A stretch of 63,841 nt of DNA, filler included, from Octopus bimaculoides (lineage: Eukaryota): NCBI RefSeq assembly GCF_001194135.2. It is 6 parts of 6 records of this genome, joined end to end, with 100 filler letters (N's around TTAATTAATTAA, not from the genome) between each part and the next. Parts side by side here need not be neighbours in the genome. Positions count along the whole stretch, not along the records: positions 10,860 to 32,508 come from NC_068990.1; positions 32,609 to 56,701 come from NC_068988.1; 4 more parts are not named here. One strand, written 5' to 3'. Position 1 is the stretch's first letter. Each line of letters starts with the position of its first letter. Shown here one piece after another: positions 23,221 through 35,005 of this stretch. A program made the position numbers and the translations under genes. Under the pieces are notes generated by a model, which searched no databases, was not told where the DNA came from, and saw only the letters and a program-made list of their open reading frames with translations.

Positions 23221-24072
23221 NNNNNNNNNNNNNNNNNNNNNNNNNNNNNNNNNNNNNNNNNNNNNNNNNNNNNNNNNNNNNNNNNNNNNNNNNNNNNNNN
23301 NNNNNNNNNNNNNNNNNNNNNNNNNNNNNNNNNNNNNNNNNNNNNNNNNNNNNNNNNNNNNNNNNNNNNNNNNNNNNNNNNNNNNNNNNNNNNNNNNNNN
23401 NNNNNNNNNNNNNNNNNNNNNNNNNNNNNNNNNNNNNNNNNNNNNNNNNNNNNNNNNNNNNNNNNNNNNNNNNNNNNNNNNNNNNNNNNNNNNNNNNNNN
23501 NNNNNNNNNNNNNNNNNNNNNNNNNNNNNNNNNNNNNNNNNNNNNNNNNNNNNNNNNNNNNNNNNNNNNNNNNNNNNNNNNNNNNNNNNNNNNNNNNNNN
23601 NNNNNNNNNNNNNNNNNNNNNNNNNNNNNNNNNNNNNNNNNNNNNNNNNNNNNNNNNNNNNNNNNNNNNNNNNNNNNNNNNNNNNNNNNNNNNNNNNNNN
23701 NNNNNNNNNNNNNNNNNNNNNNNNNNNNNNNNNNNNNNNNNNNNNNNNNNNNNNNNNNNNNNNNNNNNNNNNNNNNNNNNNNNNNNNNNNNNNNNNNNNN
23801 NNNNNNNNNNNNNNNNNNNNNNNNNNNNNNNNNNNNNNNNNNNNNNNNNNNNNNNNNNNNNNNNNNNNNNNNNNNNNNNNNNNNNNNNNNNNNNNNNNNN
23901 NNNNNNNNNNNNNNNNNNNNNNNNNNNNNNNNNNNNNNNNNNNNNNNNNNNNNNNNNNNNNNNNNNNNNNNNNNNNNNNNNNNNNNNNNNNNNNNNNNNN
24001 NNNNNNNNNNNNNNNNNNNNNNNNNNNNNNNNNNNNNNNNNNNNNNNNNNNNNNNNNNNNNNNNNNNNNNNN

Positions 24073-26930
24073 ATGATTAGTATGGTGTGTAGCATCATCA
24101 CCAGCGGCCTGGTAGTCAATCATCGGTCTTGCTTTATGACTACGAAGATGACTCATAAGCCCAGCTTTACTGAGGCACGGTCTTGCACAGACACTGCATG
24201 TCAGTGTCATAGGAAGACCCTTGCCATCTGGAAGTGCAACAACAATGCCCTTCCTGACATCCCTCCTTAATTTCTCATGTACAATTCGTGATTTCTCAAA
24301 AGTAGTTGTCCCCTCATGCACAATCCTTCTCCACCTGTCACGGTCAATAGCTATACCTTCCCATGTGTTAGGAGAGATGTTGGCATCTCTCAAGGAAACC
24401 TTCAGTAAGTCTTTATATCTCGTTTTGGTTTATATGGAGGTCGTTCTCCTTTAGTTAACTCTCCATAAAAGAGTTGTTTTGGCATCCTTGAATCTTTCAT
24501 CCTGACCAGATGACCACTCCATCTGAGCCTTTGCTTCAACATAAGAACTTCTATACTTTCACACCGAGAGCTTTCCAATATCTCAAGATCACTGATGCGG
24601 TCCTCCCACTTAATGCCATAAATCCGTCTGAGATACATCTGATGCAAACGTTTCAGTTGTTTCAGGCGGTATCGATATGTTACCCAGGTCTCGCAGGCAT
24701 AAAGAAGAGAAGAGAGTACACACGCCTTGTACACCTTTATCTTTGTCTTCTTGCATATGTCTCGCCGACCCCAGAGACGCCTTTCTAGCCTTCCGAAAGT
24801 ATCACTTGCTTTCCTAATTTTGTATGGAATTTCATTATCCAAATTGCCATATCTATTAACAGTGCTTCCCAAGTAGACAAACTGATCGACTACACCAAGT
24901 CTTTTACCATACACATAGATATTTGGTTCAATATACTGCTTACCAGGGACAGGTTGGTACATGACAACAGTTTTCTTGAGATTGACTGTCATTCCTAAGG
25001 CAGTGCAAGCATCAGNNNNNNNNNNAATGTGGTGCATATCAATCTCTGTGTGCGCTACTAAATCACAAACATCTGCATACAAAAGGTCTCTTATGATAGA
25101 GGTAAATACCTTTGTTTTTGCAGCAAAGCGCCTGATATTAAATATGCTGCCAGAGGTTCGATAATGGATGTAAACACCATATCTACAATTTCTGAATGCA
25201 ATACAGAAAACCATCGCAAAATATATGGCGAATAGTGTCGGTGCCAGAACATCCCCTTGCTTCACTCCATTTTGTATTGAGATGGGCTCCGACATTTTAC
25301 CTCTAGCATTAACCCTACCCTTCATGTCTTCGTAAAAAGACCTAACCACAGCAACGAACTTTTCAGGACAACCAAGTTTCTGGAGGACTTTCCATAGTGC
25401 TTTTCTATTAACTGTATCAAAGGCCTTTGACAGATCGACAAAAACCTGATATAAATCGAGACCCTGTTCCACACACTTTTCCTGAAGCTGTCTAGCTGAG
25501 AAGATCACATCAGCAGTGCCGCGTCCCACACGAAAACCAGATTGACTTTCTAGAAGAACATAGTCTGCAACGTATTTCAGCAGACGGTCCAGAAGTACCC
25601 TGCATAAAACCTTTCCTAAGACAAAGCAATGATATTCCCCTATAGTTACCACAATCATTCCTGTTGCCCTTTCCCTTATATAAGACCACCATTACTGTAT
25701 CTCTCCAGTCCTCGGGTACAGATTCACTATCCCATACCCTGCCGAACAAGGAGTGAAGTTGCTGTAGAAGTTTCTCACCACCATGCTGCAACAACTCTGC
25801 ATGAATGCCATCCATACCCGGAGACCTCCCATTATTCATCTTTGAGACAGCCACCGCGACTTCTTCCAACATAGGTGGCTCTGCAAGAGCTGCCCTCACA
25901 GGTAATTCAGGGATGCGATTGAGAACATCCTCACTAACTATAGACTGCTGATTCAAGAGTTCATCAAAGTGTTCTTGCCACCTTTGCAGAATTCCTTGTG
26001 AATCACGAAGAAGTTCTTTACCATTCCTGCTTCGAAGTGGTGTCATCAGAGAAGAAGTTGGTCCATAAAACTCTCGCAAGAGACCATATAGCAGCTTTGT
26101 GTTATTGGAATCCGATGCCGCCTGTATCTCATCAGCCTTCTTACTCCACCAGGTATCCCTCACACGTGATTTCACATCCTTGAGTTCCCTATGCAATACA
26201 TCTCTCTCCTGTGGCTTTGCTGACAAATAGCGCAACAAAGTACGTCTTTTAACAGCCAATAAATCATCTATATGTTCATCATTTTCTTTAAACCAATCTT
26301 GATGCTTTCTTTGTATCAATCCCAGAACTTTCCTGCCTATATCATAAACTGATTTTTTGAGGGTCGACCAATCTTCCCCAAAATCTGCAACATTCATTTC
26401 CTCTCGTAAAGTTCTCTTCACGCCATTACAACTAAGACGAGCAACATTCAGTCTTTTAGGCAGGGCAATACCTGCAGCCCGGATTTTACGTTTTGTGATT
26501 AATTTGACTTTTGCACGTACCAGGCGGTGGTCAGTCCAACACTCAGCTCCACGAAGAACACGAACACACCGCACATCACGTCTGTCACGCATCCTAACAA
26601 GGATGTAATCCAGAATATGCCATTCTTTAGATGCAGAATGCATCCATGTGGTCTTAAACTTATTCTTTTGCTGAAACATGGTATTGGTAACACACAGACG
26701 CAGCTCCTCACACATCTGCAGTAGAAGCATACCATTACTATTACACTTTCCCACCCCATGCTTTCCAATTACTGTCCATGTGTTAAAATCCCTACCCACT
26801 CTAGCATTAAAGTCACCCAGTACGATGACTTTATCTGCCCGAGGGATATTTCTTATAATGCCCTTCAAAGCATGGCAGAAAGAAACTTTTTCGTCATTAG
26901 TAGAGCACATAGTTGGAGCATACACACTCA
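24073..26930 (-). mobile_element. 5'-truncated RTE-clade LINE (partial APE, RT, C-terminal C2H2 finger), frameshifted
   Basis: APE motifs SVYAPT, VLGDFNARVG, HILDYILVR, TDHRLV; RT motifs NYRGISLL, QSGFR, FVDLSKAFD, GVKQGDVLAPTLF, LYADV (YADD mutated); CSVCARPCLSKAGLMSHLRSH; frameshifts near 25630 and 24400. Confidence 0.97.
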
Positions 26931-26932
26931 CA

Positions 26933-26963
<31 letters not shown>

Positions 26964-26972
26964 CACACACAC

Positions 26973-27210
26973 ACCAAGATTACACACAGCTTCTTTGTAG
27001 ACGACTTGATCATGTAAACCAGGAATATGCATGATATGAAAAAGAACCTTGACCTGCTTACAACAAACCCAAAGAAATAATAAAGATTGACATTTGGTAG
27101 GGTAAGGAAAACTGCAAACCAGACAAGCAGACTCTTTTGCGGAGCCGCTAAGTTACGAGGGCGTAAACATACCAACACTGGTTGTCAAACGATGGTGAGG
27201 TACAAATTGG
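26973..27210 (+). mobile_element. R4/Dong-like RT fragment, copy 1, starting after (TACA)n(CA)n
   Basis: KITHSFFVDDLIM*TRNMHDMKKNLDLLTT is an RT domain-5 (F/Y.DD) region of R4/Dong type. Confidence 0.65.
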
Positions 27211-27299
27211 CACAAAGGCACACACACAAAACAATTGTGTGCGTGTGTGTATACATACATACGTACGTACGTACATACATACATACATACATACATGTA

Positions 27300-28500
27300 C
27301 CAAGGTTACACCCATCTTCTTTGTAGATGATATGAAGCTGTAAACCAGGAATATCTCTAATATATAAAATAGAGATGTGTGTGTATTCGCTTATCACGTA
27401 AAAACGGCTTCACCATTTACTTCCATACTTGTGATGCATGAATAATTTGACCTCGGATAAATGTTAGGCGCTTCATTTGATTTTTTTTTTTATTAAAAAT
27501 AAATAACATTGCTTTATATTTATGATTCACTTCTTTAAAAAGGTTCCTCAATATCAACTTCCGGTATTGACGTAACAACGGCACAAAGCTTCACTCTCTA
27601 TTTGGACGTTTTTGTACCAAATGCTTACATACTTGTGATGAAATGTCAACTTCCGGTATTGACGTAGCTTGCATGTAGTATTTACTCTCTCTCTCTCTCT
27701 CTCTCTCTTTCATACACACGCACTCACACACAAAGATCTATGCATATTTATGCATGTACGTATACATGACCTCTCTCTCTCTCTCACTCTCACACACACA
27801 CACACACGTCCATTTCATCTGATGTGTGATACTCTGTGTGTGTGTGTGTGTGTGTTTATGTGTGTGTGTGCGTGCGTGCGTGCGTGTGTGCGTGCGTGGG
27901 GGTTCCACAATCGCCATTTATTTCAATTACTCTTGTGAGGATATTGACGTAAATCATTTTTTTCATTTAATCCCTACTTTAATTTTCGTAAAAGTTTCCA
28001 AGTATCAATGAGGCTTTTTGGCGCATCTTCAATTTTCCCATTCATGAGAGGCGCCCAGCCATCATTCATCTGAGAGTCCATCTACAGAATGTCCTCAAAT
28101 TTCTATACAGCATATTTTGCTTTTTTTCATCCAGTATATAAGCAACAGTTTCATTCCCGAGCAACACCGGGTGCCTCTGCTAGTACATGATATAAAAAAA
28201 AAGAACTTTGACCTGCTTACAACATTCTCAAAGAAATAATAAAGATTGGCGTTTGGTAGGGCAGGGAAAACTGCAAACCAGACTAGCAACACCTCCATCA
28301 ATGAATTGACTGTTCCGCCTATATTTGATGAAGAATGATGCAACAACCTAAGGGTAGATGAAAAAATATCTTACTATGATAACTAAGAGCGTATCACTAA
28401 TGAATAATAATAGCCGGATAACAAAAATAGGACTCATTGCATACAATAAGATAGTAACTCGCAATGTGTGCTCCCCTGAACCCACAAGAAAAAAAACATA
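27300..28500 (+). mobile_element. R4/Dong-like RT fragment, copy 2, interrupted by the Helitron at 27354-28183
   Basis: KVTPIFFVDDMKL, then after the insert the same sequence as copy 1 (AAGAAC.TTGACCTGCTTACAAC...GAAAACTGCAAACCAGAC), continuing VDEKISY...GLIAYNKIV. Confidence 0.65.
27354..28183 (+). mobile_element. Non-autonomous Helitron, 830 bp, with both termini
   Basis: 5' TC after A; 3' hairpin CCCGAGCAACACCGGG then CTAG before T; no TSD; RepHel relic NEAFWRIFNFPIHERRPAIIHLRVHLQN at about 28005-28090. Confidence 0.9.
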
Positions 28501-28747
28501 TTGCCTACAGTAGACCCTAAAGTATACCACCCCCACCAGCTACGCTAGTGCCAGTAAGAATACTAACGTTTGGACTATTCGATTAGACCCTTGATGATAT
28601 CCAAGCTATTGATGTGAAAATCTAGAAGATACTAACCAGCACAGATAATTTTCTCATCAACAGTGGCGTTGACCGTCTCTAAGTAAAATGAAAAAAAACG
28701 GAAGTAGAGAATTAACATCGATTCAGGTAGCTTTTGAATGTTTTATC

Positions 28748-28935
28748 ATAGGTGCAGTTGTGGCTGAGTCGTAAGAAGCTTGCTTCCCAATCACATGGTT
28801 CCATGTTCAGTCCCACTGCGTGGCACCTTGGGCAAGTGTCTTCTACTATAGCCTCAGGCCGACCAAAGCCTTGTCAGTGGATCTGGTAGGCAGAAACTGG
28901 AAGAAGCCCGTCGTGTGTGTGTGTGTGTGTTTGTT
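28748..28935 (+). mobile_element. SINE 5' half (same family as 22113); its 3' tail is at 30135-30215, beyond the TIR element
   Basis: GGCACCTTGGGCAAGTGTCTTCTACTATAGCC core; tail CGACTAAAGGCGG...GACTGAAACAAGTAAAAGAATAAAAGAATA. Confidence 0.8.
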
Positions 28936-28956
28936 TGTTCCTGAGGTTAATTAGAA

Positions 28957-30134
28957 ATCTAGTCTTTCTCATTCGCAAAATGAGCCCCCCTTAATTTTGC
29001 TCAGATTGCTTTCAATTTTGGTATATCGACGCAACTCTGAATTTTGATTACGATCAACCAATTACTTTATCTCGTAAATTAAAGAATCTTATGTTATTTG
29101 GAATTAAAATCGCGAAATTTGGATAATTTTAGCCAATCAACAAACAGCGTGGCATTAGCAAATTGTTACCATGACGACCGCACTCTGTATTGTGGTTCAC
29201 TGTTGTCTATGCTGCTACACTTAATTCTTCAAACCGCAAGATTCTTTTCACCAACGTGTTTTGTTTTAATTTTTCTGTTAGTATATTACATATTTTTCTG
29301 TACTTCTGTGTGTTAGTATTTATCTATACTTTTCCTGTGTTAGTATTTTTTATATATTTTTCATTTCATATATTTTTGGGACTCGTTGACTCAGATAGCT
29401 GGATTTATAATTTCACTAGGTTAATTCCATTCATAAAAATTTTAATTAGGAGTATTTCAACAGCGTAACTGAAATTTAACCCACGTGACAGGAACGGAGA
29501 GCGATATCGTGGAACAGAGAAACTGTGGGTGATACAGATAATTTGACATTATTTTTGAATTCTGTTACAAAAACGTATAAGATACAGATATCCTTTTCTT
29601 GGGACAAATTCTTTGTTGACCAGTGTAATTCTTATCGAAGTTTACAAATCCAAGCATGAAAACGTTACTCAACTTAGGAGTTTTGGAGACAGACTCCTAA
29701 GTTTTCAAATACACACACACAATGAAGAGACAAAAGAAATAGTAAGATGATACATGTTGATTTTATAAGATATTTATGTTTATTTAGAAACCTACAATGA
29801 AATTAGGTATTTCTGTTTATTTAGAAACCTACAATGAACAGGTCAGACGCTAAACTACAAATTTCACAGGGTACAACTTTGAAGTTGACACCGCTCCGCT
29901 AAACGCAGAAAATTTCTATCTCGCTATTGGCTATAAATACAGGGGTTTTTTTNNNNNNNNNNNNNNNNNNGTCGACTTTTAAACCTCTGTAACTTTTTTC
30001 TCCAATTTTTTTCTTCACAACATCATACCTTCAAAGCAATGAGACTGGAAGACTACATTATTATAGCCCATTTCCAGATTTTTTTTTATTTCCTTTTAAA
30101 AACATGCTTATTTTGCGAATGAAAAAAACTAGAT
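28957..30134. mobile_element. About 1.18-kb non-autonomous TIR element (MITE-like) nested in a SINE
   Basis: ATCTAGTCTTTCTCATTCGCAAAATGAGC (28957-28985) versus the reverse complement of 30106-30134, ATCTAGTTTTTTTCATTCGCAAAATAAGC (3 mismatches in 29). Confidence 0.75.
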
Positions 30135-31184
30135 CCTTAATTTGTTCGACTAAAGGCGGTGGTTGAGTATGACCGCAGTCAAATGACTGAAACAAGTAAA
30201 AGAATAAAAGAATAACTCCCTGCGGAAGTGCATCCATTGACTAAGTCCGTGCACATGAGACTTGGAAAGTAGCTTCTCGAGAAATATTCCCTGATAACTT
30301 CGAATACATACTCAAAAAAGTTTGTAAGAACGGCCGTGCGAACTCAAAAAGGAGAAATGGTGACGAATGGAAAAACAGAGGACTCCTTTTATTTAAACAC
30401 GTCACACGGTTGAACACAAAATAATATATCAATGATGATATACATGATATGTTATACTACGATAACATAGATGACCAGTAATGAAAGACCACAACCGTAT
30501 GCGATGAATAACAGAGATATTTATTGTGGCGTTAAGGATGTATGTGTATGTGAGAGTGTGAATGCGACATATAAGAACATAATCAAAGACAGGCCGCCAT
30601 ACAAAGAAAAGTGTGTATGTGAGTGATACATGTATGTGTATGTGAGTTGTTACAGCAGATAGAAAGAGTCAATAACACGTGAGCATTTATACCAGTTCTT
30701 TGAGTACATTATAGGAAAAGTCTGTATGTGAAAGTAGTTGAGGCTGTGAGTGTGGCAGAGCGATCACTAGTTGTGATGTTGTGGCTTCCATGCCGGGTCG
30801 TGATTCTTGTTATACAGATGTTCGTCGTTCGTCGCTGGNNNNNNNNNNGGTGGAGATTGATGCTGGTTAGTAGTAATCGTGGAATCGTGTTGGTCATGAC
30901 GATGATGCTGGTTAGTAGTCGTAGACTCGTGTTGCTGATGTGGCGACGGCGGTGGTCATCGTTGGCTGGACGAAGCTGTTGAAGTGGTCGCTGGCTGATT
31001 GTTGCTGCTGCTGTCGTGTGGTACACGGAACAGATCTCAAGGAGAACTGAACCGAGACCAATTTGCTGGGTATGAGTTGATCTATTTATAGCGTTCAGGG
31101 GGCTCCAAGACCGTAGTAGAAAAACACTATCACGTGACCTTATTAAGGGCTGTGATTGGTCAGTTTGCGTTCTGNNNNNNNNNN

Positions 31185-31330
31185 AGAAAAACACTATCAC
31201 GTGACCTTATTAAGGGCTGTGATTGGTCAGTTTGCGTTCTGGCGGGAACGGTTCGAAGAAGTTGCCGCTTCGAATATTAATCAGTCACGTGATGACAAGG
31301 AGATGGGTTCTCCACTACGCCCGCGCGTGT
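31185..31330. promoter_or_regulatory. CpG-enriched promoter-like motif cluster (E-box, CCAAT, E2F-like)
   Basis: ATCACGTGAC, TGATTGGTC, CTGGCGGGAA and GTCACGTGAT within about 100 bp; motif presence only. Confidence 0.3.
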
Positions 31331-32508
31331 TTATATTTAAATGAAAAGATGTATGTAATGGCGATAGTAGTTTTGTATCTAATGGCGATAGGTAGTTTCA
31401 CTACAAGTTGTACAGCTCTACAGCGGTATATCACCAAGATGAAAAGATGCAGAAGATAATGCATGGATATGTTAGTAGAAAGCTTCAGGATGACAGCAAC
31501 ATTTATAATTAAAGTAGTCTAATTTGGACCAACAACCGTATCATTAACTCTGACTTTGAAGGGTATATGTTTGTAATCCGGGAACAGGTAATATATACCA
31601 AATTCCTGATGCACAAACGGGACATCAACGCGGGTAAAAAGCGAAATATAGTAACCGTTACAATAGTTGTGGAGTTAGCACCGAAGATATCACACGCATC
31701 ATAAGTAGCCGTCTGAAAATATCATTCAACGATGAGACATGAGGTAGATGCCAAGACACTATACAATGAGATCCGTCGGAGATCAAAGATATAAGAACCC
31801 ACGATGCAGTAGAGACCATAACTATTCGTAATGTAAAAATAGTACTGGTGGAATATCCTAGTGAAAACCTCAATGCAATGCAAACATAATAGTCCAAGCA
31901 AAGTGATTTGGAAGTGTGAGAAGAGAAACTATGTACAAAAGTAGAAATCAGTATCAGTTGTTCTGCGAATATCAAAATAAAGATCAGCGAAAAAGGAAAT
32001 ACGTTGAACTATTGAGAAATTTGCTGCTACTCTACTCGGATTCAAATTTGTTCCCGTAATTATTTGGGCAATAAGATATGAAACAAACTGCTTTAGCACC
32101 AGTCTCAAGAAATTAGGGTTCTCAAAAAAAGAAAGCGATAAAGGGAGAACAAACGCGCACGCACACACGCACACACATATATATATGTATGTGTGTTTGT
32201 GTGTGTAACAAAGGAAAGACAGAAAATGGAATATACGAGAATATATTATTAATCACAACAATTGTTTCGACACATCTAGCATCGATCCCTCTTGCGAGAC
32301 ACTCAACAACTGGTTCAGGAGTGTCCGATGATGCAGACGTATCTCGTCGGGTGATAAATAAAATTTAAAAACTCGTTAAAATGACTGTTCCATAATGCAA
32401 CTTTCTGTTTTGGAGAGAGAAAAACAGCCAGACGGAGGAAAATTCTTCATATATATAGAAGATCCAAAAATAAAATTGCAGAAGACAAAAAGAGAAACGA
32501 ACACTTAA

Positions 32509-32608
32509 NNNNNNNNNNNNNNNNNNNNNNNNNNNNNNNNNNNNNNNNNNNNTTAATTAATTAANNNNNNNNNNNNNNNNNNNNNNNNNNNNNNNNNNNN
32601 NNNNNNNN
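32509..32608. other. Artificial scaffold linker N44-TTAATTAATTAA-N44
   Basis: Identical to the other four. Confidence 0.95.
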
Positions 32609-33293
32609 AATATACCAAGAAATACTGAAGATATTTCTCATTTTTATCAATATCCACATTTAGTTTCATATACGTGCATACAAATATATTTACTTTTACA
32701 CATATACATTTCTAATTAAGTGTGCGTAAATGTGTTTATGTGTATATATATTCATGTGTATATACACAAGCACATACTGACACACACACGCACGGATACA
32801 TATGCAACACATCTAACTTATATATATATATATATAATATATAATATATATTTATGGACACGTATACGCATGGATATATGCTTTAGCTATTGAACATATA
32901 TACAAGTTTGTATTGCTTCTTAATAGCTTTTGATTTCTTTGTAGAGATATCTACGAAATATTATCTCGATATTCATCGCCACTATATTTATGTTCCGCTT
33001 TCTTAAACGATCCATTCTCATAGAAAATTTATTCATTATTTAGGCTGAATAAAAGTTACTTTTCATAAATAGACATACATCACGTGCATATACACTTCCT
33101 GGTCCATACACACATATATACACCTATGCCTATGCATACATACGTACATAATTACATATATACATGTACTTATTATATCATACATACATAACTGCATATA
33201 TACACATATATATATAATTGAATAAGAGAGAATCAACGGGAAGGAATACGGTTGGACAGATATTTTTTCATCACTACACATGTATATCCATCC

Positions 33294-33363
<70 letters not shown>

Positions 33364-34953
33364 ATATATATATATATATATATNNNNNNNNNNNNNNNNN
33401 NNNNNNNNNNNNNNNNNNNNNNNNNNNNNNNNNNNNNNNNNNNNNNNNNNNNNNNNNNNNNNNNNNNNNNNNNNNNNNNNNNNNNNNNNNNNNNNNNNNN
33501 NNNNNNNNNNNNNNNNNNNNNNNNNNNNNNNNNNNNNNNNNNNNNNNNNNNNNNNNNNNNNNNNNNNNNNNNNNNNNNNNNNNNNNNNNNNNNNNNNNNN
33601 NNNNNNNNNNNNNNNNNNNNNNNNNNNNNNNNNNNNNNNNNNNNNNNNNNNNNNNNNNNNNNNNNNNNNNNNNNNNNNNNNNNNNNNNNNNNNNNNNNNN
33701 NNNNNNNNNNNNNNNNNNNNNNNNNNNNNNNNNNNNNNNNNNNNNNNNNNNNNNNNNNNNNNNNNNNNNNNNNNNNNNNNNNNNNNNNNNNNNNNNNNNN
33801 NNNNNNNNNNNNNNNNNNNNNNNNNNNNNNNNNNNNNNNNNNNNNNNNNNNNNNNNNNNNNNNNNNNNNNNNNNNNNNNNNNNNNNNNNNNNNNNNNNNN
33901 NNNNNNNNNNNNNNNNNNNNNNNNNNNNNNNNNNNNNNNNNNNNNNNNNNNNNNNNNNNNNNNNNNNNNNNNNNNNNNNNNNNNNNNNNNNNNNNNNNNN
34001 NNNNNNNNNNNNNNNNNNNNNNNNNNNNNNNNNNNNNNNNNNNNNNNNNNNNNNNNNNNNNNNNNNNNNNNNNNNNNNNNNNNNNNNNNNNNNNNNNNNN
34101 NNNNNNNNNNNNNNNNNNNNNNNNNNNNNNNNNNNNNNNNNNNNNNNNNNNNNNNNNNNNNNNNNNNNNNNNNNNNNNNNNNNNNNNNNNNNNNNNNNNN
34201 NNNNNNNNNNNNNNNNNNNNNNNNNNNNNNNNNNNNNNNNNNNNNNNNNNNNNNNNNNNNNNNNNNNNNNNNNNNNNNNNNNNNNNNNNNNNNNNNNNNN
34301 NNNNNNNNNNNNNNNNNNNNNNNNNNNNNNNNNNNNNNNNNNNNNNNNNNNNNNNNNNNNTATATATATATATATAAATATATAAATATATATATATATA
34401 TACATACATACATACATATATGTATTTATATATTATATGTACATGTATGTCACCTACTATATATGTGGGAAATTCTGTGTGTGGGTTTGTTTGTGGAATT
34501 GTTAGCTAACTCCTCCTACATATCTTTATCGATTTTGATGAAACTTTATATGTGAGTAGAACTCATGTCTGGAAACCTCATAGCATACTCAGATTGTTGC
34601 AAAAATCGACAATAATCCCTCTGGAAGGGATCTGTATGTATATCTAATATATTTCACTTTAACAGTCAAGGGAAATAACGCATTCGCCCGATTATAACAG
34701 CCAAGGGAAATAACTCATTCATTTTCCTAAATCATTTGGTATAAATCAAATCGAGTATGCTTATTTCTTAGTATTTGAACTGTTATTAGTATTTGAAGAG
34801 TTATTTTCGCAACTTTTCCGGTACAATCCTTAAAGAAGTAAATAGTACTTTTGTAAACAATAGATCCACTTATTACGGTTAGTAACTTATTCACAAATAT
34901 ATATATAGAGAGGGAGATACATATACATTTTTGTTTATATATTATGTACATGT

Positions 34954-35005
<52 letters not shown>

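Noticed and set aside
31118-31241. 57-bp direct repeat flanking an N10 gap
   Set aside because: Identical sequence on both sides of a tiny gap is most simply an unmerged contig overlap
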